Shown here piece by piece: positions 17,548-26,771 of a stretch of DNA of 62,704 nucleotides (position 1 is its first letter; every line of letters starts with the position of its first letter). The position numbers and the translations under genes are program-made. The DNA lies in the NCBI GenBank assembly GCA_945893085.1, contig CAMDEB010000001.1, forward strand, positions 1 through 62,704, in the 5' to 3' direction. This DNA is from Rhodoplanes serenus (GTDB taxonomy: Bacteria > Pseudomonadota > Alphaproteobacteria > Rhizobiales > Xanthobacteraceae). The notes beneath the pieces are model-generated. The model saw only the letters and a program-made list of their open reading frames with translations. It had not been told where the DNA came from and ran no database searches.

Positions 17548-18561
17548 ATGGAAATGCAGTTCGGCAAGTTGCGTATCGGCGACGGCCGGCCTGCGATGGT
17601 GATCGCCGAGATCGGCATCAACCATGAAGGCTCGGCTGAAACCTGCGCCCGGATGATCGAGGCCGCTGTGAAGGCGGGCGCCGACGCGGTCAAGTTGCAG
17701 ACCTCCGATCCCGACGAACACTATTTGCCCGGCACGCCGTCCTACGAACTCTATGTCAAGGCAAGGCTTCGGCCCGACGAAACCGCCGCCATGTTCGCGC
17801 TCGCGAAAAAGCTCGGCGTGGAGGTCTTCACTACCTGCGGCGACGTGACGACGCTGGAACTGATCGAGTCGCTCGACCCCACGGCGCACAAGATTTCGTC
17901 GGGCATGCTGGTCAACCTGCCGATGATACGCAGGTTCGGCAGAACCGGCCGGCCGTTGATCTTCTCGTCCGGCATGTCGGAATTGAGCGCCGTCGATGCC
18001 GCCGTCGGGGCTGCCCGCGGCTCCGGCGCGAAAGACATCGTCGTCCTGCAATGCACGTCGCTCTATCCGGCGCCTCCGGAAACCCTAAACCTTCGCGCCA
18101 TCAAGTCGCTGCGGGATCGATATGGCACCCTGAGCGGGCTGTCCGATCATTCGGTCGGCATCGAAGCGCCTGTGTTGGCCGTCGCGGCGGGCGGGTGCGT
18201 GATCGAAAAGCATTTCACCTTCGACCGTTCGCGCGAAAGCTTCGATCACGTGGTCTCGCTCGAGACCGACGACTTCGCGGCAATGGTCAAGGCGATCCGT
18301 CGCGCCGAAACCATGCTCGGATCGGGCGTCAAGGAGTCGACCGAAGTCGAGCGCGACCGTGCCCGGCAATGGACGCGGCGGCTCGTGGCGCGGCGCGACA
18401 TCAAGGCCCGGCAGCGGATCACCGAGGATGATCTTGCCATCAAGAGGACGATGGCCGACGCGGCGCGCTCCACGCTGACGTTCGACGAGGCCGTCGGGCT
18501 GACCGCCAAGTACGATCTCAGCAAGTTCTCGATCATCTCGCGCGACGATCTGGAGGGTTGA
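17548..18561 (+). CDS. neuB: NeuB-family nonulosonic acid synthase 1 (with SAF domain)
   Basis: IAEIGINHEGS, KLQT, KISSG, LQCTSLYP, GLSDHS, IEKHFT, C-terminal SAF domain. Confidence 0.93.
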   Translation: MEMQFGKLRIGDGRPAMVIAEIGINHEGSAETCARMIEAAVKAGADAVKLQTSDPDEHYLPGTPSYELYVKARLRPDETAAMFALAKKLGVEVFTTCGDVTTLELIESLDPTAHKISSGMLVNLPMIRRFGRTGRPLIFSSGMSELSAVDAAVGAARGSGAKDIVVLQCTSLYPAPPETLNLRAIKSLRDRYGTLSGLSDHSVGIEAPVLAVAAGGCVIEKHFTFDRSRESFDHVVSLETDDFAAMVKAIRRAETMLGSGVKESTEVERDRARQWTRRLVARRDIKARQRITEDDLAIKRTMADAARSTLTFDEAVGLTAKYDLSKFSIISRDDLEG

Positions 18562-18564
18562 GCG

Positions 18565-19731
18565 ATGACGTCGCAGGGCCAGGTTCTCATCTTCGACACG
18601 ACACTGCGGGACGGCGAGCAGGCGCCGGGCGCCTCGATGACCGGCGAGCAGAAGCTGCACGTCGCGCGGCTGCTCGATCAGATGGGCGTCGACATCATAG
18701 AGGCGGGGTTTCCGATTTCGTCAGAGGGCGCGTTCAATGCGGTTCATTCAATCGCGCGAGAGGTCCGGAATTCGACGGTCGCGGCGCTGAGCCGGGCGGT
18801 GCGCGAAGACATCGATGCTTGCGTTCGGGCGCTGGAGCCTGCGCGGCGTAAGCGCATCCACACCTTCATTGCCACTAGCCCGATCCACATGCGCTACAAA
18901 CTCCAGCTCTCCGCCGAGCAGGTCTATGAACGTGTGATCGACAGCGTCACCTACGCCCGGCGCTTTTGCGACGATGTGGAGTGGTCCTGCGAAGACGGCA
19001 CGCGAAGCGAGCCAGAGTTCCTGTATCGCTGTTTCGAGGCCGCGATAAAGGCAGGCGCAAGCACAGTCAACATCGCCGATACCGTCGGCTTCACCACGCC
19101 TGAGGAGTTCTTCGATCTCATCACGGGCATCCGCGAGCAGGTGCCGGGCATGGAGAAGGTGCGCTTCTCGGTGCATTGCCACGACGATCTCGGCATGGCC
19201 GTCGCCAACAGCCTGTCGGCGGTCCGGGCCGGTGCGCGCCAGATCGAATGCACCATCAACGGCGTCGGCGAGCGGGCGGGCAACGCGTCGCTGGAAGAAG
19301 TCGTCATGGCGATGAAGGTCCGCGCTGCGGCCTATGGAGTGCGCACCAACGTGAAGACCGAGCATCTGAAGCAGTTGTCGAAGGCGGTCTCGGAATACAC
19401 CGGCTTTGTGGTGCCGCCGAACAAGGCGGTGGTGGGTGCGAACGCCTTCGCCCACGAGTCGGGCATCCATCAGCACGGCGTGATCATGAATCGCAACACC
19501 TACGAGATCATCGATCCGGCCGAGGTCGGCAGCGGCGAGTCGTCGCTGGTGATGGGGCGGCATTCCGGCCGGCATGCGTTGCAGCTCAAGCTGCGCCAGT
19601 ATGGAGTCGATCTGGGCGGCAACGCGTTCGAAGAGGTGTACCGGCGCTTCAAGCTGATGGCCGATGACCGGAAAGCGGTCAGCGACGGGGAGATTCTCGC
19701 GCTGGTCAAAACCCATGCTGGGCTGAACTGA
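18565..19731 (+). CDS. leuA: Short-form 2-isopropylmalate synthase-like DRE-TIM metallolyase (no regulatory domain)
   Basis: FDTTLRDGEQAPG, IEAGFP, HCHDDLG, NGVGERAGN, AHESGIHQHG, GRHSGRHA. Ends at 388 aa. Confidence 0.9.
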   Translation: MTSQGQVLIFDTTLRDGEQAPGASMTGEQKLHVARLLDQMGVDIIEAGFPISSEGAFNAVHSIAREVRNSTVAALSRAVREDIDACVRALEPARRKRIHTFIATSPIHMRYKLQLSAEQVYERVIDSVTYARRFCDDVEWSCEDGTRSEPEFLYRCFEAAIKAGASTVNIADTVGFTTPEEFFDLITGIREQVPGMEKVRFSVHCHDDLGMAVANSLSAVRAGARQIECTINGVGERAGNASLEEVVMAMKVRAAAYGVRTNVKTEHLKQLSKAVSEYTGFVVPPNKAVVGANAFAHESGIHQHGVIMNRNTYEIIDPAEVGSGESSLVMGRHSGRHALQLKLRQYGVDLGGNAFEEVYRRFKLMADDRKAVSDGEILALVKTHAGLN

Positions 19732-19735
19732 ATTC

Positions 19736-20815
19736 ATGCGCCCAGCGTTCAAGATTTGCGTGACCTGTGTCGGCGGCATCCTGATCTATGATTTCATCAA
19801 GGCGCTACGAGATGCGGCCGACTACGACGTTCATGTCTTCGGCATCGACTCCGACCTGGTGGCGCACGGACGCCTGCTGTGCGACTCGTTCGACGTCGTG
19901 CCGCGCGCTGACCGCGATCCGGCAGGCTGGCTCGTGCGGATGTCGGAATTGATTAAGGTGAATGGGATCGACGGCGTGATCTGCCTGTCCGACAAGGAGG
20001 CGAAGATCGCCGCCGAGAACCACGCGCTGTGGCGCGATCTCGGCGTCGAGATGTCGGTCGGTCCGAAGCGCACGGCGGAGATCATGACGGACAAGCTCCA
20101 TCTCCTCACGACGCTGGCGGAGGGCGGGCTCGACACCGGCGGATTTCTCGCGGTCAATTCGGGCGCAGAGGCGAAGAGCGCGGTGGAGCAGCTCGGCTAT
20201 CCAGGGACGCAGGTGGTGCTCAAGCCGCGCCGCGAAAGCGGCAGCCGCGGCGTGCTGGTGTGCGACGCCGGCCGAGATTCGTTTGTGCGCTTCTTGGACA
20301 ACCGGTTATGCGGCGCAGGTCGGCTCGAACACGTCATCGACGTCGCGCAAGCCAACAGCATGACGTTCGAGGATTGCATCGCGGTGCCGTACTGGGACGG
20401 CCCGGTGTTCGACGTCGAATGCCTCGTGCAGCGCGGAGTTGTGATCCAGACGGTCGCCCGGCGCAGACAGTTGCGGAACATCTATTCGCCGACCAGCACC
20501 GGCCACATCGTGGATATGAACCCGGACGTCGTCCGCTATGCGCACAGGATGTGCGAAATCCTGGGTGTCGAGCGCGCGGCCGACTTCGACATCGTACTCC
20601 GCCCCGACGGCAAGCCTACGCCGTTCGACGCAAGCCCGCGCTTCAGCGGCTCGGTGGGCGGCGGCTACTACGCGGGCGTGAACATCATCTCGCAGCTTGT
20701 CCGGGTGATGTTCGGACTGCCGCTCGCGGCGTTTTCCATCCGCAACGGCGTGCCGCTGCGGCCGTTCCGCACGCTGACCGCAATTCCCGAAGCCAACTCC
20801 GAAATTCTGCTATGA
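19736..20815 (+). CDS. ATP-grasp domain ligase (CarB-like)
   Basis: DK, VVLKPRRESGSRGV, DVECL, SPRFSG motifs. Confidence 0.8.
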   Translation: MRPAFKICVTCVGGILIYDFIKALRDAADYDVHVFGIDSDLVAHGRLLCDSFDVVPRADRDPAGWLVRMSELIKVNGIDGVICLSDKEAKIAAENHALWRDLGVEMSVGPKRTAEIMTDKLHLLTTLAEGGLDTGGFLAVNSGAEAKSAVEQLGYPGTQVVLKPRRESGSRGVLVCDAGRDSFVRFLDNRLCGAGRLEHVIDVAQANSMTFEDCIAVPYWDGPVFDVECLVQRGVVIQTVARRRQLRNIYSPTSTGHIVDMNPDVVRYAHRMCEILGVERAADFDIVLRPDGKPTPFDASPRFSGSVGGGYYAGVNIISQLVRVMFGLPLAAFSIRNGVPLRPFRTLTAIPEANSEILL

Positions 20816-21543
20816 CCGCCATGAGCAAGGAGGGTGTGGTTGCGATCGTTCAGGCTCGGATGACGTCCACGCGTCTGCCCGGAAAGGTGCTGGCCGACGT
20901 GTGCGGCGCACCGCTACTGCAACGGATTATCGAGCGGCTGAGAATGTGCAGCCTACTCGACGCCATTGTCATCGCCACCACGGTGAACCGTGACGACAAT
21001 CCAGTCGAGGCGCTGGCCCGCAGGCTCGGCGTTGACGTATACCGCGGCGATGAGGCCGACGTGCTGGGCCGCGTGCTCGCGGCGGCCGAACAGGCGCGCG
21101 CCGATATCGTGGTACGGATCACGGCGGACTGCCCGGTGATCGATCCGGGGATCGTCGATGAATGTATCCGCCTGCGCTCCGAGCGCGGGGTCGACTACGC
21201 CTCCAACGTCAACGTGCGCACCTATCCCGACGGGCTCGACACCGAGGTGATGCGGATCGACGCCCTGCGCACGGCCGCGCGCGAGGCGCACGACCCGGCC
21301 CTTCGCGAGCACGTGACGCCTTATATCCGCGGAATTTTCCCGCATCTGCCGTCCGGAAACTTCAGCCGGGCGGATCTGAAGTTCTGCGCTGATCTCAGCC
21401 ACGTGCGCTGGACCGTAGACCGGCAGGACGATCTCGACCGGGTGCGCGAGATCTATGCCACCCTCGACGGGCCGTTCGGATGGCTGGACGTGCTGTCGCT
21501 GGCAACCAAGCATCCGCACCTCTTGGGCGTGGCCCGAAAATGA
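20812..21543 (+). CDS. spsF: SpsF-type cytidylyltransferase family protein 1
   Basis: IVQARMTSTRLPGKVL, RGDEADVLGR, RITADCP, YPDGLDTE, REHVT, RWTVD. Confidence 0.9.
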   Translation: MTAMSKEGVVAIVQARMTSTRLPGKVLADVCGAPLLQRIIERLRMCSLLDAIVIATTVNRDDNPVEALARRLGVDVYRGDEADVLGRVLAAAEQARADIVVRITADCPVIDPGIVDECIRLRSERGVDYASNVNVRTYPDGLDTEVMRIDALRTAAREAHDPALREHVTPYIRGIFPHLPSGNFSRADLKFCADLSHVRWTVDRQDDLDRVREIYATLDGPFGWLDVLSLATKHPHLLGVARK

Positions 21544-23318
21544 TGAAGCTCCGGTCCGCCACTGCCGCCGACGCGAAGCTGCTGTTCGAATGGGTCAACA
21601 GCCCCTCGAGCCTCACCGGCAAGATCAAGACCAACGGCGCGATCGCATGGGCCGATCACGCCCGCTGGCTGGAGCAACGGCTCAGCGATCCTGGCACGTC
21701 GATCTGGATTGGCGAGCGGGGCGAGGCGGCGGTGGGTCAGGTCCGGCTTCAGAAGGCCGAAACCGGCGAATCTTCAGTTTTCGACGTCGATATTTTCGTC
21801 GCCGACGGCGCCCGTCGCCAGGGTTGCGCGAAAGAGCTCTTGACCGGGGCGGTCCAGCTGATGGCGCAACGATGGCCGGGGGCGCGGTTACGTGCCAGCG
21901 TGCGTGACGACAACAAGGCGTCGCAGGAGCTGTTTCAGTCTTTGGGCTATCGCGTGGTCGGTCGGGAATCCGGCCATCGCGTTTATATGAGTGAGCCGGT
22001 GCTGGCGAATGCGAGGGGGCCTGCGCCGAGATCCTTCGCCAAATCCAATGCGCTTTACCGCCGCGCGCTCGAAACGGTTCCGCTTGCGACGCAGACGTTT
22101 TCCAAGTCGGCGATGAATTTCGTCGTTGGCGCCGCGCCGCTGTTCCTCGAAAGAGGCGAGGGTGGCGAGGTGTGGGATGTCGACGGCAATTCGTACATCG
22201 ACTACGTCCTGGGTCTGCTGCCGGTGATCCTGGGTTACCGCGATCCGGATGTGGATCGGGCGATTACGGGCCAGCTCGAGCGCGGTATCAGCTTCTCTCT
22301 AGCGACCGAGCTTGAGGCGGAGGTGGCCGAGCTTCTGGTCCGGCTCATTCCGTCCGCCGAGATGGTCCGGTTCGGCAAGAACGGTTCGGACGCCACCACC
22401 GCGGCGATCCGGCTTGCGCGCGCCATCACCGGACGCGATCTCGTCGCGGCCTGCGGCTATCACGGATGGCACGACTGGTATATCGGGACGACGACGCGCA
22501 ATCTCGGCGTGCCGAAGGCGGTGCAGGCCCTGACCAGGACCTTCGCGTTCAACGACGCCGCCTCGCTCGATAAGGTGCTGTCGAGCGAACCGGGCCAATT
22601 CGCGGCGGTCATTCTTGAGCCGACCGGAGCGGTCGAGCCGAGCGCATCCTTTCTCAAGGATGTCCAAGAGCTTGCCAGCCGCCACGGTGCGCTTCTGGTG
22701 TTCGACGAGATCATCACGGGCTTTCGCGTGTCCATGGGTGGCGCGCAGAAGGTCTTCGGTATCACCCCCGACCTGTCGTGCTTCGGCAAGGCGATGGCGA
22801 ACGGCATGCCGATCTCGGCCATCGTCGGTCCCCGCGAGCACATGAAGGCGATGGAGAGCATCTTCTTCTCGGGCACGTTCGGCGGCGAAGCGCTGTCGCT
22901 TGCGGCGGCGCGCGCCACCATCGAGAAGTGCGAACGTCTCGGCGTGCCTGAGCGGCTCGACGCCCTCGGGCGGCGCCTGATGGCGGCGGCCTCGGAATCG
23001 ATCGACCGTTGCGGCCTGTCGGAGCTCATGGCCTTCACCGGAGCCGGCTGGTGGCCGCGTCTTGCTCTGAAAGATTGCAGGGACGTCGATCGGATCACGC
23101 TTACCAGTCTGATCCGGCAGGAAACGGCAGCCCAGGGATTGCTGATGGGTTCGTCATTCAACCTCTGCCTCGCCCACGACGATCCGCGCATTGTCGACGA
23201 AACGACATCGCGCTGGCAGGCGGCGCTGCTGGCTGTCGCCGACGCGCTCGACGATGCCGATCCGGCCTCGAGGGTTCGCGGCGAGCCCGTTCAACCGGTT
23301 TTCACGGTCAGAAACTGA
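21540..23318 (+). CDS. Fusion of a GNAT acetyltransferase and a class III PLP aminotransferase (glutamate-1-semialdehyde aminomutase-like)
   Basis: N-terminal PseH-like GNAT (H.RWL, VGQVRL, RRQG, NKASQELFQSLGY), then TQTFSKS, DVDGNSYID, GKNGSDAT, YHGWHDW, FDEIITGFR, FGKAMANG. Confidence 0.9.
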   Translation: MMKLRSATAADAKLLFEWVNSPSSLTGKIKTNGAIAWADHARWLEQRLSDPGTSIWIGERGEAAVGQVRLQKAETGESSVFDVDIFVADGARRQGCAKELLTGAVQLMAQRWPGARLRASVRDDNKASQELFQSLGYRVVGRESGHRVYMSEPVLANARGPAPRSFAKSNALYRRALETVPLATQTFSKSAMNFVVGAAPLFLERGEGGEVWDVDGNSYIDYVLGLLPVILGYRDPDVDRAITGQLERGISFSLATELEAEVAELLVRLIPSAEMVRFGKNGSDATTAAIRLARAITGRDLVAACGYHGWHDWYIGTTTRNLGVPKAVQALTRTFAFNDAASLDKVLSSEPGQFAAVILEPTGAVEPSASFLKDVQELASRHGALLVFDEIITGFRVSMGGAQKVFGITPDLSCFGKAMANGMPISAIVGPREHMKAMESIFFSGTFGGEALSLAAARATIEKCERLGVPERLDALGRRLMAAASESIDRCGLSELMAFTGAGWWPRLALKDCRDVDRITLTSLIRQETAAQGLLMGSSFNLCLAHDDPRIVDETTSRWQAALLAVADALDDADPASRVRGEPVQPVFTVRN

Positions 23319-23319
23319 T

Positions 23320-23997
23320 ATGGCTCGCAAGGTCGCGGCGATCTTCGCTCATCCCGACGACGAGGTGCTCGGCTGCGGCGGCGCCATGGCGTGGCATGCG
23401 TCGCGGGGCGACGAGGCGCGGATCCTGCTGCTTGCGACCGGCTTGCGGTCGCGCGGGCCGGCCGGCGATGGCGAGATCGCGCGCCTGCAAGACGAGGCGC
23501 GCAAGGCCGCCGAATGTCTCGGTATCAAGTCGGTCGCATTTTCCGATTTTCCGGATAACGCGATGGATTCCGTGCCACTGCTCGACGTCGTGAAGGCCGT
23601 GGAGGTGTTCCTGGCGGGTTTTGCCGCCGATACGATCTACACGCATCACGATGGAGACCTGAACGTCGATCACCTTGTCGTTCATCGCGCCGTGATGACC
23701 GCGCGCCGTCCGTTGCCCGGTTCGGCACCGTTCGAGATTCTGGCCTGCGAGGTGAATTCATCGACCGAATGGGGACTGCCGTCGCAATCGCCGTTCGTGC
23801 CGACCGATTTTCTCGATATCTCCGGCTACGTCGACCGCAAGGCGAAAGCGCTCGAACAATACACTGGCGAAATCAGGCCTTGGCCGCACCCGCGGTCGGT
23901 CGAAGGTGTCAAGGCGCTGGCCCGCTGGCGGGGCGCGCAGTGCGGTGCCGAAGCCGCCGAGGCGTATCGGCTGCTGCGACGGTTGCGGCGGCCGTGA
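23320..23997 (+). CDS. PIG-L/LmbE family N-deacetylase 1
   Basis: AHPDDEVLGCGG, THHDGDLNVDH, SSTEW, WPHPRS. Confidence 0.92.
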   Translation: MARKVAAIFAHPDDEVLGCGGAMAWHASRGDEARILLLATGLRSRGPAGDGEIARLQDEARKAAECLGIKSVAFSDFPDNAMDSVPLLDVVKAVEVFLAGFAADTIYTHHDGDLNVDHLVVHRAVMTARRPLPGSAPFEILACEVNSSTEWGLPSQSPFVPTDFLDISGYVDRKAKALEQYTGEIRPWPHPRSVEGVKALARWRGAQCGAEAAEAYRLLRRLRRP

Positions 23998-24034
23998 ATC
24001 GGATCCACGTCATGATTCGTCTAGGACGTACATC

Positions 24035-25906
24035 TTGAATCGGCACGACAGGTTCGCAGACCTCTCCAGGGTCGAGGTCTGCTATTGCGACTCCGAAGCG
24101 GCCTGGCGTCTGGCGCTGAAGCAGGGCCTGCTGCCGACCGCAATCGTGCGGTCGAGCAATCCCTCGCTGTTGACGAGCCCGCCGTCCGGGATGTCGGTCG
24201 AGCCGGTCGAACGAAGCTGGACGCCCGAGAGAATCGTAGCGGTCGCCGCGTCCGTCGACAGCCTGGTCGGCCATATCCGGACGGCGATCCGGCGTTCGGA
24301 TTTCGCCCGCTACGTCGATCTCCTGGCGCGAGATGCCTTCGTATGGTCCTACCGTCTGCCTTGGGCAATCACGCTGACCGACGACGATCTCAGTGCGCCG
24401 CGCGCGATCATCTCAGTGGACTATGGCGCCGGTCATCCGCACAGCAATGGTCACGCCAAGTGGGGCGAACTGCTGGCGAACAACCCCGATCTCGTGACGC
24501 TCAGCTATTCAGCAGCCGACTGCGGCGTCGATTCTGACGATCCGGCCCAATCGCCGACGCGGATGCAGCTTCTGAAGTATTATCCCTTCAGCCACCTCGA
24601 ATATGCGTTCTGGCGGCGGTTGTGGCTTCTGCTTTCCCGCTCACTGTCGCGCGGCACGCTCTATGTCGGCATCGATAACCCGGCGATCCGCGAGACGCTG
24701 GTTCATTTCGCGCGCCGGGGCTACGCGATCTGCGAAACACAGCGTCCCAAGCTCGGCGGCAAACTGGCCGAGGTTCCTACGGAACTGCGGACGCTGCTTA
24801 CGCCGTTCCTGCGCGATTACCTCAAATCTTGGGTTGGCAAGGATCTGGAAGACATCCTGGTCGCGCTATTCTTCGACGATCTTTCGGCGTCGCTTGGCGG
24901 CTTTGAATCGGCCGCGCCGCAGTGGACCCGCACGATCGGCCAATGGAGAGAAAACAACGAAAAGCCGGTCGCACTGTTGTCCAACATCCCGCTGCCGACC
25001 GCGATGCTGCCGTTGGGCCGCTGCCTGCGCGAGGCCGGAATTCCGCTCGTGTTGTTCCAGCACGGTCACTCGCGCGAATTGACCAAGTACCTCGAATACA
25101 ACAAGTGCATTTCGGAGGAGACTTTCGCCGATCTTTTCGTCTGCTTCGACGACAAGGCGAACGAATTCGTCCACGCCAACCGGCACCGGATCGCTTCGGT
25201 CATTACGTCCGGTGTTCCGGAGCTGTATCATCTCAACGGGCGCTACGTTGCCGACAGCCAGTGTGGCGAGATCGGCTACATCCAGACCGTCATTCCGATG
25301 GGCGGCAGGGCCGCCGCGATTGCTATGACCTGGAGCGATCTGCACAAGGATCGCTTCGAGGCCGAGTTGTTCGAGAAAAGTCTGTCCGGCCTGCCGCACA
25401 CCGTCACGATCAAGCCGTATCTCGCGCCCGACTATCCCGGAATGCGGAAGTCGGTGGAGATCGTCGAGCGGTCGCCCAACCTCAATCTCTACAAGGGCAG
25501 GATGGATCTGCGCTATATCGCCGGAAATTTCCGGGTAATCATCACCTCGCGCGGGACGAGCACGCTCGGCTGGTGCGTGCTTGCCGACCGGCCGATGGTC
25601 TATCTCGATCTGCCGCACCAGAATCCGCTCTGGGACGACGCCCGCGAGGCGCTGGAAAAGGCCGTGTTCTATTTCGACATGGCGCAACCGGGTGCGTTTG
25701 AGCGGTTGCGCGAATTCCTCTCGCAGCCGCTCGATGTCATCGAACGCGAGTGGCTAAAGCGCGCGGACGATCGCCGCCGCTTCGTGCAACGGTATCTGGA
25801 CAGCGGTCCGCGCAAGTTCGGCAAGCGCACCTATCTGGGCATCCGAAAATTCATGGCGGGGCGCCGCGCCGCGGCTGCTTCGTCTGCCGATATCGCCGCG
25901 GCATGA
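24035..25906 (+). CDS. Hypothetical ~620-aa protein, possible GT-B-fold glycan transferase
   Basis: Long ORF with coding-like codon bias. Contains FQHG, TIKPY, STLGW segments reminiscent of capsule/NulO transferases. TTG start after AGGA is inferred. Confidence 0.6.
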   Translation: MNRHDRFADLSRVEVCYCDSEAAWRLALKQGLLPTAIVRSSNPSLLTSPPSGMSVEPVERSWTPERIVAVAASVDSLVGHIRTAIRRSDFARYVDLLARDAFVWSYRLPWAITLTDDDLSAPRAIISVDYGAGHPHSNGHAKWGELLANNPDLVTLSYSAADCGVDSDDPAQSPTRMQLLKYYPFSHLEYAFWRRLWLLLSRSLSRGTLYVGIDNPAIRETLVHFARRGYAICETQRPKLGGKLAEVPTELRTLLTPFLRDYLKSWVGKDLEDILVALFFDDLSASLGGFESAAPQWTRTIGQWRENNEKPVALLSNIPLPTAMLPLGRCLREAGIPLVLFQHGHSRELTKYLEYNKCISEETFADLFVCFDDKANEFVHANRHRIASVITSGVPELYHLNGRYVADSQCGEIGYIQTVIPMGGRAAAIAMTWSDLHKDRFEAELFEKSLSGLPHTVTIKPYLAPDYPGMRKSVEIVERSPNLNLYKGRMDLRYIAGNFRVIITSRGTSTLGWCVLADRPMVYLDLPHQNPLWDDAREALEKAVFYFDMAQPGAFERLREFLSQPLDVIEREWLKRADDRRRFVQRYLDSGPRKFGKRTYLGIRKFMAGRRAAAASSADIAAA

Positions 25907-26742
25907 GCATCCGGCAAAGGATCGCGGAGCGGCTGGCGCCGTACGATCGCGTGGTCGTATGGGGAGCGGGCGGCATGGGAACGAATGCGCTGCGCCGCTG
26001 GCTGCCGCTGCACAAAGTCGCCGCCGTGGTTGACAGCAACCCCGCCAAGGTCGGGCTGTTGATCGACGGAATTGCGGTCCGGCCGCCGGCCGCTGTTCAG
26101 GAGCTTCGCGCCGGCTGCATTGTGATCTGCACCCACGCCCACGCGCGCGTCCGCGATGCCGTGAAGCAGTCCGGTTTGGATGTGCCAGTGTTCTATATCT
26201 ACGAGCTGTTCGTGCCAGAGGCGGGGTGGGAAACCATGTCGCCGCTCGAGCAGCTTCAGGTGGACATCGCGGCAACCAAGAATGCGATGTGGCCGCTGTT
26301 TGTCCTGCAAAAGCCGCAGATCGCGGTCAACGTCACGTTCCGCGCAGCTCAATGGGCGCGGTCTTCGTCGTGGGGGATCGTTCTCTATCCGCTGCTCTAT
26401 GTGATGCATTACTTGACGTGCATCGTGTTCTCGATCCAGCTTCCGCTCGACGCGAAAATCGGCCCGGGCCTAATCTTCGCGCACTTCGGGACCATCGTGT
26501 TTACCGGGCGCGCAAGAATCGGATGCTTCTTCACGATCTATCACGGCTGCACGGTGGGAACCGACAGCGACGGCGCCGGGCCGGTCATCGAGGACTTCGT
26601 CACGCAGTTCGCCGGCTCGCACATTCTCGGAAACTGCCGGATCGGCAACAACGTCCGCGTCGGCGCCAATGCCGTCGTGCTGGGCCTGACGGTCCCGGAC
26701 GGCGCCTCGGCCGTCGGCGTTCCGGCGAAGGTCGCGGCCTAG
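25903..26742 (+). CDS. Hexapeptide-repeat O-acetyltransferase (CysE/WcaB-like) with an N-terminal Rossmann-like domain
   Basis: VWGAGGMG, VDSNPAK, then IGPGLIFAHFG, IYHGCTVG, VGANAVV, VGVPAK. Confidence 0.85.
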   Translation: MSIRQRIAERLAPYDRVVVWGAGGMGTNALRRWLPLHKVAAVVDSNPAKVGLLIDGIAVRPPAAVQELRAGCIVICTHAHARVRDAVKQSGLDVPVFYIYELFVPEAGWETMSPLEQLQVDIAATKNAMWPLFVLQKPQIAVNVTFRAAQWARSSSWGIVLYPLLYVMHYLTCIVFSIQLPLDAKIGPGLIFAHFGTIVFTGRARIGCFFTIYHGCTVGTDSDGAGPVIEDFVTQFAGSHILGNCRIGNNVRVGANAVVLGLTVPDGASAVGVPAKVAA

Positions 26743-26771
26743 CCGGCGGAAGCGCAAGAAAGATCGCCAAA

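Noticed and set aside
18565-19731. Phosphonate pathway (phosphonomethylmalate synthase) reading of the LeuA-like gene
   Set aside because: No PEP mutase or phosphonopyruvate decarboxylase gene is seen in the window.
26226-26771. Apparent N-terminal extensions or fusions in the ORF track (26226, 20029, 13521, 39005, 48358, 47453, 43273)
   Set aside because: They overlap upstream genes in another frame. Real starts lie at or just after the previous stop, so these are not fusions.
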